64,000 nt of DNA from Utricularia gibba (Eukaryota > Plantae > Magnoliophyta). Position numbers and translations under genes: made by a program. Within the stretch, counting starts at the first letter, position 1; every line of letters begins with the position of its first letter. The notes under the pieces were generated by a model. It had not been told where the DNA came from and did no database searches. It was given only the letters and a program-made list of their open reading frames with translations. Positions 46,311-61,552 of this stretch are shown here, in pieces. The stretch is from NCBI GenBank assembly GCA_002189035.1, contig NEEC01000012.1:3162001-3226000 (forward strand). Direction: 5' to 3'.

Positions 46311-48250
46311 ATGGGAGTTGTGGCAATTTCTAGTTCTGCTGCGCGATCACCATTTGGGTTGTGCAATGATTGTTCACATCGCGCATCAACTCTAAACAGA
46401 AGGCCAGTTGTCATAGTATCCTTCAAGGCTGATAAAAGGAAAAATGCATCTCTAATTGGAGCACCAGAGGCTGCAATAGTATCTTTGGATGTGAAAATGG
46501 AAGATGGAGACAAGTTAAGGAAGTCTAAGAAGAGGCCAGAAAGAGTAAATGCTGTCTCAACGGGTGAAGCGTCTCTGAGTGCACTGGAGTTAGAGTTTGA
46601 TGAAGCTGCTGCTAAGCTAGAAAAGATCTTCAAAAAAATTCCTGCTGCAGTGGTTCTAGACGAAGAAATAGGTACTGCAACTATAAAGAAAAAGGGGTTA
46701 CGAAGAAAGACGGGCAGAGATGGGGATGAGAAAGAGAGGAAAATCACTCAATCTGCTATAGGGAAGCTAAAGATGAAGAGCAAAAGACTGAGTCTTAATG
46801 AGAGAATTGCTCTAAGAGTAAGGAGCGAACTCTTAAAAAATAGTGAAGATGAGAAGGTCAACAGATTATTAAGGGAGTTCACAGCTTCAAATGACTTTTC
46901 CAGTTTGGATTGGAAGAAAATGAAGATCCCACCGGTCCTTCCGTCTTCTGAACATGGATGGTTGTTCAAATTAATGCAACCGATGAAGGTGAGAGAAAAG
47001 TGTACTACTGTGAAGTAGAATGTTTCTATGTACATGAAAGTTTGGTGTGCTTTGCATTGTTAGTCACCTTGTACATATTTGATATTCAGGAGACTCTGAA
47101 ATTTAAAGAGACTTTGCAAGATGATTTAGGAAGAGAACCAACTGATTATGAGCTAGCTGATTCAGTGAACATGAACTCTGTTCAGCTGAGGAGGCAGTTG
47201 GAGGTTGGTCGAGCAGCCCGACACAAGTTGATCAGGGTAATGATCACACTTCAAATGCAATACTTCTTACTTGTGTGATACATCTGCAGAATGTTTTCTA
47301 ATCCAAATAATTTGGGTTTCAGCACAATCTCCGTCTTGTTTTGTTTGTGATGAACAAATATTTCCAAGACTTTTCAAATGGACAGAAATTTCAAGACCTT
47401 TGCCAGGCTGGTGTCAAGGGTCTTATAACCGCTATAGATCGATTTGAGCCAAAAAGAAAGCTGAGGCTCTCAACATATGGCCTCTTTTGGATTAGGCATT
47501 CTATTGTTCGTTCCATGACTCTCTCCAGCTTCACTAAGGTCTCCTTTGGACTTGAATCGGTACAAACAACACCTTTTGCACTCTTCATCATCTTTAAATG
47601 CTTCTTCTATGCAGAATCCGTTAGTTGCGTTTTGATGCAGGTGCGAACAGAAATCCAAAGGGCCAGGATGGAGTTGTTAGTTAAGATGCAGAGACCACCC
47701 ACAGATAAAGAGGTCGCAGACCGTGTCGGGATTTCTCCAGAAAGATACTACGAAGTGATGAGGGCAACAAAACCTATTTCTTCTCTCAATGCAAGACATG
47801 ATGTCACCAATGAGGAGTACATCAGTGCAATTTCGGATGCTGATGATGCAGAAAGCGACAGAAGACGAGGACTTGCACTTCTCAGGCTCGCCATCGATGA
47901 CGTGGTAAATACTCTTCCTTGATGATCATGACCATATGTTGTTACACATGCTCGGCTACTTGCTCCTTGATTCACCTACGCAGCACCTCTTGTCTGCACA
48001 CTTCGCTGTACTTGCATCAACTAAGCTGTCTTCAACTCTTCCTCCACAGCTTGATTCCCTGAAGCCGAAGGAGAGCTTGGTAATCCGGCAACGATACGGC
48101 CTGGACGGCAGAGGTGACAGGACTCTGGGTGAAATAGCAGGGAATTTGAATATTTCCAGGGAGATGGTGCGCAAGCACGAAGTGAAGGCTCTGATGAAGC
48201 TCAAGCATCCTACTCGTGTTGATTATCTAAGACGTTACATATTCAAATGA
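46311..48250 (+). CDS. SIG5: Plastid RNA polymerase sigma factor SIG5 (SigE); exons 46311-46988, 47090-47236, 47323-47559, 47641-47904, 48050-48250
   Basis: [14 protein letters not shown] transit peptide, [16 protein letters not shown], region 2 [33 protein letters not shown], region 4 [21 protein letters not shown]. Confidence 0.96.
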
Positions 48251-48922
48251 CGCTGACATCGTCGCGTTTGTAGGTAAGAGGGGGGAGGGGCAATCAGCTT
48301 TCTTACAACGTTGTATACAGCCAGAACACACTTGTAATTACGTGCAATGCATGAAATTATACCATGAAGATAGACGATGCATCAACTATTTATATGTTGG
48401 TAGTGAAAGAACTGACTCAACTTGTTTGAAGGCAGGTGCCAATAGTTCACCTAAGAGTATGTCATATACATGTAGCATAAATGCTCTAATTTCCATCGAA
48501 GTATATGACTCATGCCCTTAATATTATTCGTTTGAAACATTCGAATTAAGTTCCTCTTTTCTAAGGAAAAACAGATGTCTCTTATTTAAGCACATTACCC
48601 CCCTAAGGCGATAAAAGAAAAAGAGAGAGAGATACCATGACAGGGGAACTAACAAACAAGAAAAAGGGCCAAAAGAGGGAAATGTGTTGTGTGCTTGTAT
48701 CATTCAAACTATTGTAAGGATATGGGGTTCAATCAGAGTAATCAATGGAGGAGGAAGGTACCTTGTTATTTCAAAACAGTATTATACCACACAGGTCCTC
48801 AAACTATGCCTCCTCCAGCTTGCCCTCAAGAATCAGCATAAGCGCGCACACAGAAGCAGGGCGTCAGTGTGGTGATTGATGACCACTACTACCTACACTT
48901 TGGCCTTAGCGAATAGCTCCGG

Positions 48923-51402
<2,480 letters not shown>

Positions 51403-52772
51403 ATATAATTGTTTTTTCCAGTGTATCCAGTCTCTGGTCAAGACATATTCACAGCTAATCAAGCCAAAAATCAAGAATAAAAAAAGTTGCGAGTTGAAGA
51501 ACATCACACTCACATACCCAAATTTGTATTCACTCATATCAACTGAATAAGGAAATGAAGTAATGAACCACCCAAAAAGGTGAAAGCTGCCTTCTAGGAA
51601 AAAAACGTCCTTTTACAAGTCCAAGAGAAAAAAAATAGAAATACGCGAAATCACGTCAAAAACAATTGACTAGAAAGTGAGAGCATCAGATTCTTTCCAT
51701 TATTATAATAATTTACAACCATCGAGGATAGGTGGTGGGATCGATACACTTCCTTCCATTCCCAAGCGTAACGCGATCAGCGCCAAAATATTCCTCCACT
51801 TTTAAACACAACCAGCAATTCAAAAAACAACAAAGCAAGAAAAAAAAAGACTATACTGACGCGTGCAATTTACGCCACCCTGGTTACACGAAAATCCGAA
51901 CTGTTCTAGTTTCATATTCAGCGGACGAATCAAGATTACTTCCATCACTCAAAAAGAGAATGGAGAATAGCAATCACCTCGCAATCCTCCGTCAAACTTC
52001 CGGCGGAAAGTCACCGGTTAAAAATCACACCACCTCCAAGCAAACTCCATTTCGACAGACACAAGAAACACGATAAGGAATCTTGACAAAAGTACCTGTC
52101 CTTTGGCGCTTGAAGCACACAAAGTAATGCGGGGAACAAGAAAACGCGAGAAGAAGACTAGTTAGTAATCGCAGCCGCAACCTGCGAATCTTCGGAGACG
52201 GGAGAGAGGACTTTATAGGAAAGAGCGAGCGGAGGAACCACATTAGCTTTTATTCTTCGTCATACAACCGCTCTTATTCCACGTGAGAAAGTAACCAAAG
52301 TACTGCGACAAAAGTTCTCGCTCGTTTGGTTTTTTTTTTTTCTGAAGACCCATGTAGCTTCACAACGAACGCTGGCGGCGACTGCACATCAACTTATCAA
52401 ACCCTTCGAGAAGTGATCGCAAGATCTCGGGTCACCTTACAGATTACGGAAGGAAGCTTTACAGTAACTTTAAAGATTGGTGAATTTGAAAAGGTGCGGA
52501 GTCAAGGATGATGAGGGTGTGTTCAGGAGATAGAGATGTCGGAAGCCATGGTTGGGGTCCAAAGAAACCTTGGAAATCTTCATGCGTACGGAGGTAGCAG
52601 GACCTTGTGCTGCTGCGTTTACCCGCCATGACGTGTTGGGTAAATCTAGTTATCCAGTCGCTGCATCCGCCAGAGTGGTGAATACAGACAGAAGCTGTTG
52701 CGTATGAGTTGGAGGAAAGCGACTACAGTCATGGTTGAGGGGAAGGAAGCAGCATCCATGGCAGGGAGTTGT

Positions 52773-55694
52773 TTATATCAGACCCTGACGCTGCAAATCT
52801 GTGTACGTCTTCTTGTTGTAGATGTTGCCCTCGTGATCTTCGTATTCTTCTTCCAGATCCGGACGCCACTTGTTTACGCCTTGCTTTTGTTGTATTTTCT
52901 CCCACAGTTGCTTCGCTTCCTAAAATATTTAATGTATAGTGGTGTGCTTGGTAGAAAGCGTCAATAAAAGCGCAAAAGGGGCATGTGCTGGCAAACCTCA
53001 ATGGATGTTATCTCGTTGAAGTTCTTTGTGTTTGGGATGCCAAGACACCGCATCCCATGTTGGTGCCTCCACTCCTTGAAGTGCCGCTCGTAGGCTCTGC
53101 GGCCCCAGTAGCTGTGGTTGCCACAGATTTCACACTTGAATTCCTGAGAACAATCACAGTCACAAGTTTTGATGAGCGTGAGCAGTATACGCCTAGAAAT
53201 GGGGATGGCATCGACTATTTCAACATCCGGTAGAAGGATACAGCTTCAAACTCCATGACACACTAAAACATGCTATCAACGATAGAAAATGTGCAGGCGT
53301 TGATTACCTGGCCAAGTCCATGCAGCTTGTACAACCAGTAAGGTATAGGCTTTCCATCCCAACCCATTGGTAGTTTCAAGGGATTGTAGATTTGTTGATC
53401 TTCATCATCACTCTCGGATTCTTGCTGCACCTCATCCTAATCAATGAAGAAAACAATGTGAAATACTGAAAAGATAAGAAAAGTGAAAAGCCTTTGAACG
53501 CAAGACTCGGATATTTTAAACACACTAACATTTACGTGGGAAAAAACAACAATTGACAGGTGAAACATAAATCCACAAGCTACAGGATTTCTCTCATCTA
53601 GTGGGGCTATGAAGTGCAGGAGGGTTACCTCTTCACGTTCTTGTACAATTTCGTCATACGTCAAAGCATGCTTCTTTTCAACATTTTCCTTGGTTCGTGT
53701 GATTGTCTGGCAATGCAAAGCAACGTTAAGAAAAAAATGACACTCAGGACACCCTGGGCGGATAAGTCTGATTTTTTAAAACAGCTATGCATAGAGAATG
53801 TAGACAACCATTTGCTGTCAGGCGTTACCAGTCGGATTGTTTAAATGGAGAAAAAAGAGAGTGCAAGGGAGAATGTGATGACGGGGCAATGTCACTGGCA
53901 TACCTCATGCAACAAATCACATAACTTGCTGATTTTAGCCTCCATCAGAGCAATCTCTTTTGCGTCTTCGGTGGTATTTTGGTGCGTAATACCAACACTT
54001 TGTTCCGCAACACGAGGCCCTTTCGCAAAATGTTTTTTATCCAACATTTCAATCGGGGTATTCTGGAGAGGTGGAGATAAAATACAAAACACATTACAAC
54101 TTAACAGACCATAAGGATTATATACAAACACCATTTATATCTCTTGAAACCCATGGAATAAAAGTATGCCCACTCACTTTAGTTAGGAAAAGTCTCTCAG
54201 CACGTTCCCGAAGTGTACCTCCAGTCTTCAGACCAAGCGCGGCTAATGACTACAGAACAATGAACCCGCCATGAGAAGGAAAAAATTTCTCCCATTGTAA
54301 AATATGTGGAAATTGTTGCTAAAATGAAGGTCAAGGAATCACTAAAATGAGAAATGATTCACAAACGTTAGCATGATTTTACCTTCTTTAACTTATCAGG
54401 TCCAACCACCATTAGTTCTTCAACTGAACTATAGTAATCAAGATCAATGGCATCATCATTTTTTTGATTCTCACCCTCCCATCCTTCTATCTGCCCACTG
54501 GCCCATTTCTCTTCAAATTCAGAAACTACCTGCCAGTTATTTGACTGGTGTTAGAATCATAATAAAAAAATAACATTAATACAAACAAGACAAGATGGCA
54601 GGAATCAAGCAGAAAACCTTCAAGAATATTCTATCAAGATCTTGCAGGGGTTCAGTACGCTCAAGAAAGTCAATAAGATACTCTAGAAGCTTTGTCAAAT
54701 ATTCATGGTACTGTCTGTAAATAACGATGAGAAAAAATCTTACAATCCATAATTGAATACCAATAATTTTGAATGCTAGTATTGATAGAAAACCTTAAAG
54801 AGTCAATTACCTTGTCAGTTTTAATTTCCTGGCTATTCGTGATGGTTCATAAAATACATCAAGAAACGCAGTATATTCAATCTGCTGACCAAACTTGGAG
54901 TTGATGTACACATTATACAGTTCATGTAAATCAAGGTACCGCCCATAGGATTCCTGAATAAACAGATTAAAAACAAGTTACGAATACAAAGACGCTGAAA
55001 GACAGTAAACATCAATACAACATTAAATTTAATGATCCCAAGAGCAAGTAACTAAACAACGCAGCTCGACAAACGTAACACACGAAAAAAAACCACTCGA
55101 TTGCCAATATACTCGGAATCCTGAAATGGAGACTAACCTCACCAGAAAACTCAATCTCTGGTTCCTCCTTGAGAAGCGCTTCATACTCATCAGTTGTATC
55201 AACATATCTTGCTGCTGGGTGCCGCCTATGGTAGTCGCGAATCTGAAAACGCATACGAGAACACAGATTCAACACATCCGATAGAAAAACATTACCCAAA
55301 ACAACTTACTAACCTCTTTCAATCTATCGTAAAACACACTAAACACGTTGACATTAGAGGAGGTAAAACTCTGTCCACCAAGAGCTGCAATCTCGTCCTT
55401 CCTAGCATTGTCTTTATCTTCATAAATATCAACCTGCTCAAACGACATGTATCAGTGGAATGAACCACCAGCAATGAGGAATTAGAAACAAAAACCTCCA
55501 TGGTACATAGTGGTGCGCACAAGTTTATCAGTAGTGAGGATGATTTGGTCTATCATATTGCGAACGCGGTGGCTTTGGGTAAGGCGGTCCTTGCTAGTCG
55601 CTGGCTCATTCTGAAGATCCTTAACGACAGTCCGCTCAAGCCTCTCCACCTCCTCGTGTGAGGCACGCGTTACCTCCAACAGCGTCGACGACAT
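52773..55694 (-). CDS. ATO: Splicing factor SF3a60 / SF3A3 / PRP9 homolog (ATROPOS); 12 exons
   Basis: [60 protein letters not shown], matrin-type zinc finger [35 protein letters not shown]. Confidence 0.97.
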
Positions 55695-55728
55695 CACTGG
55701 GCGTTACTCCGGCGGTGCGACCAAAAAC

Positions 55729-55821
55729 TAGGGTTTTCCGTTGAGAATCGGAGCTATTCCTTCCAACGACACCGTCCAGTACTCACGTTTTCTCGCATTT
55801 TATACTTTCTCAATTTGGGCC
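55729..55821. promoter_or_regulatory. Telo-box plus site II, SF3a60 promoter
   Basis: TAGGGTTT (AAACCCTA) at 55729-55736 and TGGGCC at 55816-55821, a pairing typical of RNA-processing genes. Confidence 0.6.
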
Positions 55822-56244
55822 GGTGGCGGCTCGGCCCGACCGCGGTTCACTTGAAGAAAATTCTCAATATTATACTTTTTCTTAATTAAAAAAGGCATAA
55901 AATACATATTTAATGAATTTTGCATATTTTTTTACTCGTTAAATAAAGACATAACGGTAAACTTTTTATTGGACTCACTATATACAGTACAAATCTAGGC
56001 GAGGCATCACTCCTGCTATCTTCTTCTTTTTCTTCTTCCTCCTCAAAGCGTATGTACCAGCAGTGCTACCATGGAAACAAGCTAAGTTCGTGGGCGCAAA
56101 CCCTGGGATTTATTCTTCTGCAGATCATGCTTCAAACTATGACACATCTAAAAACTACACCACAACCACAGGCTCACTCTTCTCGCACGCGCGTACACTC
56201 AGCTCCATCCATCAAGGAAGGGCCTCAGCTCTGCTCTGCTCTGC

Positions 56245-58202
56245 CTATGCATCAGATTTCGCAAACCTACCACGGATCCGAGGCTGGCTATCAGCAAGAG
56301 CTTTCCTGCAAGCATACTGAAGAAAGCAATGAACTTGAGGGGTGATGATCAAAAGAGTTAAAATTTGAGGGTGATGGTGAAATTCTGCTTGCCTTGATCT
56401 TGTGGCCAAAGTTTCTCTTGGACTTCTTGATGCGGTATCTGGAGAGCTTCTCCTTGCGTTCTTCAGAAACGATGGTTGTTGTAGTGGTCACAATTTGAGG
56501 TTGCACCCGGGGGAAGTGGAGGAGAGTTGTGTTATCAAGAGTCTGTCATAAAAACCTAGAATCAATCACCCTGCCCTACCTACCCTGTTGAAGAGGCCAC
56601 AGACATCTAAACATTTCTCAGTTCATGTCGTAGCGGAGCTCAAAGACAACCATTATTCTATGCATAAAGGGACCTCATAATTTCCATACTGCAAAAGCAT
56701 CACACACACAAAAGAGTGGTAAACATGACCTTTATGTCTCCTTCACTGAAAGCTCTCCGCATCCCGAAGTCGATCACTGGGAAGTCCACAAAGCACTGAG
56801 TGAAGGCCGGCTGGTGGACAATGTCCATGGAGTGAAGAGAATGGGAGCTAATACTCTTCTGGAGTGAAGCACCATTCTGGTTATCATCATTGCTAGCATT
56901 TTGTGCATCTGTCTTGTCGTTTGGGAGTTCAATCCGGATTACTTCAGATAGGGGAGTCTCATTCCCTTCCTTGGCTAAAAGATCCTTTCTGCACTCGTAG
57001 AACACCTCACTGAGTATCTTCCCACTCTTGATGGAGGATTCAATATCCAGGACAGTCAATGATTGGGGTGAAATGACATCTTCCCCACAGGAGATCATTG
57101 ACAAAGCAGCAGTCATGGGATCCAGTCCTGTGACTGGTACTGGTTCTTCCAGAACTGGCTCAGGGCCTCGAACAGGTCCCCTCCTCCCCACAGATTGTAA
57201 CCAGACACTGATATTTCCTGCATCAAATGATGTGCAAGTTAGAAAGGCAAGAAATATCTTCTAAGGATAAAAACTTCTCATGCTGAGGCAGCATGGGATG
57301 ATACCAGTGATATGAATATCATGTGACACACAAGAATGTAAACAATGAGATGAAAATCTACATCTAGACTCCTACAATAAACATGGAAATAAAAAAACAG
57401 GAGCATCCTGAAAGCGAAGCCAATAATTCATGTTTTAGGAAGGGCGCCAGACTTCCCCTTAACAACAGTAGATGATGGGGAATGCTTTGATTCCCCAATA
57501 TGTGCAGTGCGTGTTTCCGTGTGAGAGAGAGTTTCAAGTTAAAAAGCAAAACAAAAAGAAGATCAACCATTAGATTAGATGAAGGACAGTAAGAAAAAAC
57601 CATTTTGAGTTCCCAGAGCAACAAAAGTTAAAGCGGCTCTTTCCAGGATAAAAAAAAAAAAGTAATGCGCTGTTCTGGAGATGAGAAAACGAAAATCTTG
57701 GGTGAGAGACTGAAAGGCATGGAGGAAGAGGAGGTAACTTTAGCTTTTCACAAGTGCGATGAGAAAACGAATCATCAGCAACAGGAGCTTTTGCAAAACG
57801 GAACAGCAGTAACGAGAAAGGGGACCCTTTTTGTGTCCTTCCTGTGCACCAAAACAAGAATCAACCCAGTGAACAATACGACAATAATCATGACCGTGAT
57901 GGATAATTTTCAGCTCCAATTCCTTGCTTCCATCTTTCCGCGAGAACGAAACAATTTCATGTCAACTTCTGCTGAAACGCATACGTTTCAAAACAGCACA
58001 AAAAGGAGCAAAAATGGTTCTTGAGAATAGCAGAACACCAGAAAAAACGCCCCAGTTAAACAAAACCCAGAACACTAAAAAGGAACCCAGCACATACAGA
58101 TGAATCAGTGATTTTCTGAGCACAGCAAAATTCATCGTACTGCTGCACTTCTTGATGTAAATTCGGGGAATACGTCAACATTAGCTCTGTTTCTGCGTAC
58201 AT
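56245..58202 (-). CDS. CCT-motif family protein (At5g53420/At4g27900-like); exons 58202-58098, 57218-56730, 56542-56393, 56316-56245; GC-AG last intron; one apparent 1-bp frameshift at 57163-57165
   Basis: MYAETELML, GDLFEA(P)EPVLEEP, DPMTAALSMISCGED, GMRRAFSEGDIK, CCT domain ERKEKLSRYRIKKSKRNFGHKIK|YACRKALADSQPRIRGRFAK. Confidence 0.92.
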
Positions 58203-61200
58203 CTAGTTCCCAGTTATCTTTTTCTTCAGTAAAGGAAGACAGACAGAGAGAGAAGGAAAAACAGAAGTGGGGTAAGTGGAGGAATGAGCTTGCGAGACTG
58301 AGGTGCCTTAAATGGAGGAAAGGGCCTTTCAAACACAGTGAAGCAGCAGCACCCGGCAAAGAAAGGCGCGTCTGGGAGGAGGAGAGATAGGGAGTGGGGC
58401 TGAGAGAGGCACCTCGATAACTTTTTTTTGGAGCTTTCTCGGGGGAGTTTTCAGTGGAGGAGGCACTGTAACGGTAAAAAAGTAAAAAACCATCCACTTT
58501 TCGTACACCCAAAATATCTATCCTAAATATCTAAATTAACCCTCTCCCCCACTTCGTCTCTATCCCTACAGAACCAGATTCCAATTCCATAATTTACTGT
58601 TTTTTTATTAGTAAATCTTATATTTCTAATTTCAAAATTGCATCAAACAGTAATAAAAATATTTAATAATATTACCAAAATAGCATATTCCCCAAAAGGG
58701 TAAAATCCATTCTGATTGGTTCTATTTTTTTTTCAAAATAACCAAAAATAATATCATTTTTATTTTTTATTTCAGATAAAATAATTTCGATTTGTTGATT
58801 AAAATAGTAAAAAATGTTTTTGAAAAACGTACTCCAGCCGAGTTAAAAGGGCAAAAAAAAGGAACATAAAGGTCAAAAAGGACAAATACACACAAGTAGA
58901 CAAACAAAGGAGGTTATATCACGAAATTATGAGCATGCCAAAATTAAGATGTTTTAAAATTCCAATTTTAGTAATTTAATTTCATTCACAAAAGTAAAAA
59001 CTACAAGCATATGATCCATGTGCCAAGATATTTAGGGGTGAAATGTATCACGAAAAAAACCAGTTAACTAATTCGATCATCTTAGAAAATTAGCAAAATA
59101 TAATTCATAATTAATCGACTGGTTTAACTAGCCATTTAGAAAAATAAAAAGAATCTGAGGATTCAAGATTTAGATTTAGAGTTTGGAAGTTATATTCGAA
59201 CTTGATGTATAAAAATTGCCATAATTGAAGACTCAATCAAAGGTGAATGAAGCAGGATAGAAGAGTCTAGAAGTTAGTGCGAGTTGAAAGCCAATGATTC
59301 TCCTTGAAGTGACTGCACAATTTAATAAGCAAGAAAAGGAAACGTGGTGTTTGTACAGGTATTTGGTTGCAGGTGCACAAATGCAAATTCATGCATCATT
59401 GTAACAAGAGGGACACGGATGAAATCTAAAATAAATTCAATTCCTTTAAATTATAATTTTTGAAATATAATTTAAAATTATTGAACTAAATTCAACTCAA
59501 ATTCATGATTAAATCCAAAAATAAATTTAAAACACAGGTATGATCATGGATTGATTTGAGGTGGAAAAGCGATGCCTTTCGCATCAAATGGATGGTGCTT
59601 TCAATTGTCATCCATCCAAATAAACAAACAATTTTCCGAATATGAAACCTCAATTTGCAAACTTCATTTTTAGATGTAATAAGTATTGAAATTAAAAATT
59701 TGATAGATCGGATGAACATACATTAAATTAAAGTACATAATAAATTCAATCAATTAATAATAATTTATAATTTTTTATATAATTAATTATTTTAATTTTA
59801 AATTTCGATATTGAATTGTTTGTTTTAATAAAAAGTTAAGTTAGGAATGTATCCGAGTCGGATCTTAGCCAATCCATTTTCATTGACAGTAACAAAAAAA
59901 GTACCTAACTTTTTTTTTTTAGAGTAAGATAAGGTCCGTCGCTGTGTAACTCATGTCATCTTCCATGTGCATTGACATATTGGTGGCTGCGTGTTGAAGC
60001 GATAACATTGAATAATGTCGGGTGTACCCCCAATGATAAAGGGGCTTCCTCTCATCTAAACTTTGGTAACATTTGTGAGAATCGAAGTGGGGAAGGGGAC
60101 AAGCCCGAGCCGAGCCGAGAGAGGCAAGGTGGTTCCAATAATGGGGTTCTCTTGCGCCTTGTAATGAAACGATGAAGTTGTCCGGTCCGGTCCCTTGTAA
60201 TGAAGGGAGAGTGGATGAGTTGGTATCAGGTCTTTTCTTCCACTGGAGACAAATGGATGGTATTTAATTGTTGGGTCACTCTCAGCCATTGTCTTCTTCC
60301 TCCCCTCCCCGGAGCAAATCATTGCAGGCCTCCGCAGGGCATCCACAAACGCCCAGCACACATCCGCAGCTCGCTCCCATCGCGTTTCGGATGATGGGTC
60401 TCGTCTCAGCCGTGCGATACAGAATCCGACGGACTAAAACTGCTATATGTGATGGGGGCAGACTCAGATTGCCATTTGCCAGATGCATAGCATAGGTTAC
60501 GGCCGAATATTTATAAAGATTCTTTGATAACAAGTATTAGTATGTTTAAGTATAATATAATTAAATATGTATATACTTAATTATATATAACGTTTTATAT
60601 GTAAAAATAGAAATTTAATTATATAATAATATACATATAACTAAGTACCCTTTTATTTGTATATAATATTCATATACTTAAAAAATGAATTATGTCACTG
60701 GTATAACCATATAAGGTTGTTATACGTATACTAGTCAATCAAATAATGATATATATGTAAACTTAAGTATAAATCTTCTATAATCTATTATCAAACAACC
60801 TCTAAGTTTGTTAAAATTTGAGTTGCTATTATATGATTGGTTTCGTCCTGGTACATTTAACACTTTTAATTGTGTATCATTTGGCGTAGGGTGAAGCCCA
60901 ACCCCAGACAGGCTCCATCAACGGGTGTCGTCTTCCCGGCTGAAAGGAGGATAATAGTACAAATGATTGTTGATGCTTACCATTTCTTTACAATAAATAG
61001 TTTCTATTTTTAAAGAAAGTTTCATTATCAAATAATTATCTTCCTATATTAATCTAATAGCATAATTAGTCTCGTACGCCTTATTGAAATTAATAATTTG
61101 ATGTGCAAATATATATAAAAAACATATATCACATTAGAAAAGATTAAATTCAATATATTATTAATTTATTATATGCTTTAATATTTATTTTTAATTTTTA

Positions 61201-61552
61201 ATACATGGTTTTGGACGTTGAAATCTAATGCATTCCTGGTTTTGGGCCTACGGGACTACCCCCTATTTATTATATTTGCTTTTTCCCAAGAAAATAAATA
61301 AGTGGGAGCGACCTGAGGAAATGGACCCCACCCTCCTGTCTGACAAAAAAAATAAGGTTCGTTTTTTTTTATATGTTATAAAATTTTATTTTATTTCCTT
61401 TTTTTATCAATGAGTTTTTAAAATTCTGAATAACATTTTTTTATTTTGTAATTTATTAGAGGCAAGATTTTAAATTTCGTTCAAAATTTCCTGAATTTCG
61501 AACATTTTTAAAGACGTAGAGGAAAACAAAGAGGGCGTTTAGGGTTTTCAAA

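Noticed and set aside
53234-53241. U12-type donor-like GTATCCTT in an SF3a60 intron
   Set aside because: It is internal to a normal GT-AG intron whose exons already join in phase; no U12 branch point is seen.
57665-58024. 119-aa plus-strand ORF inside CCT intron 1
   Set aside because: Antisense to a T-rich intron (A-rich strand with few stops), no recognisable domain.
59356-59375. miR530 target-like TGCAGGTGCACAAATGCA (weaker look-alikes at about 18390-18445)
   Set aside because: A 2-nt insertion falls in the seed-pairing region, which is not target-mimic geometry, and there is no evidence of a transcript.
60148-60204. Two ccttgtaa motifs resembling tasiARF/TAS3
   Set aside because: Spacing is 36 nt (not a multiple of 21) and there are no miR390 sites.
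60540-61250. Very AT-rich tracts (also about 16390-16620, 21020-21200, 58600-59800) as MITEs
   Set aside because: I could not identify terminal inverted repeats with target-site duplications.
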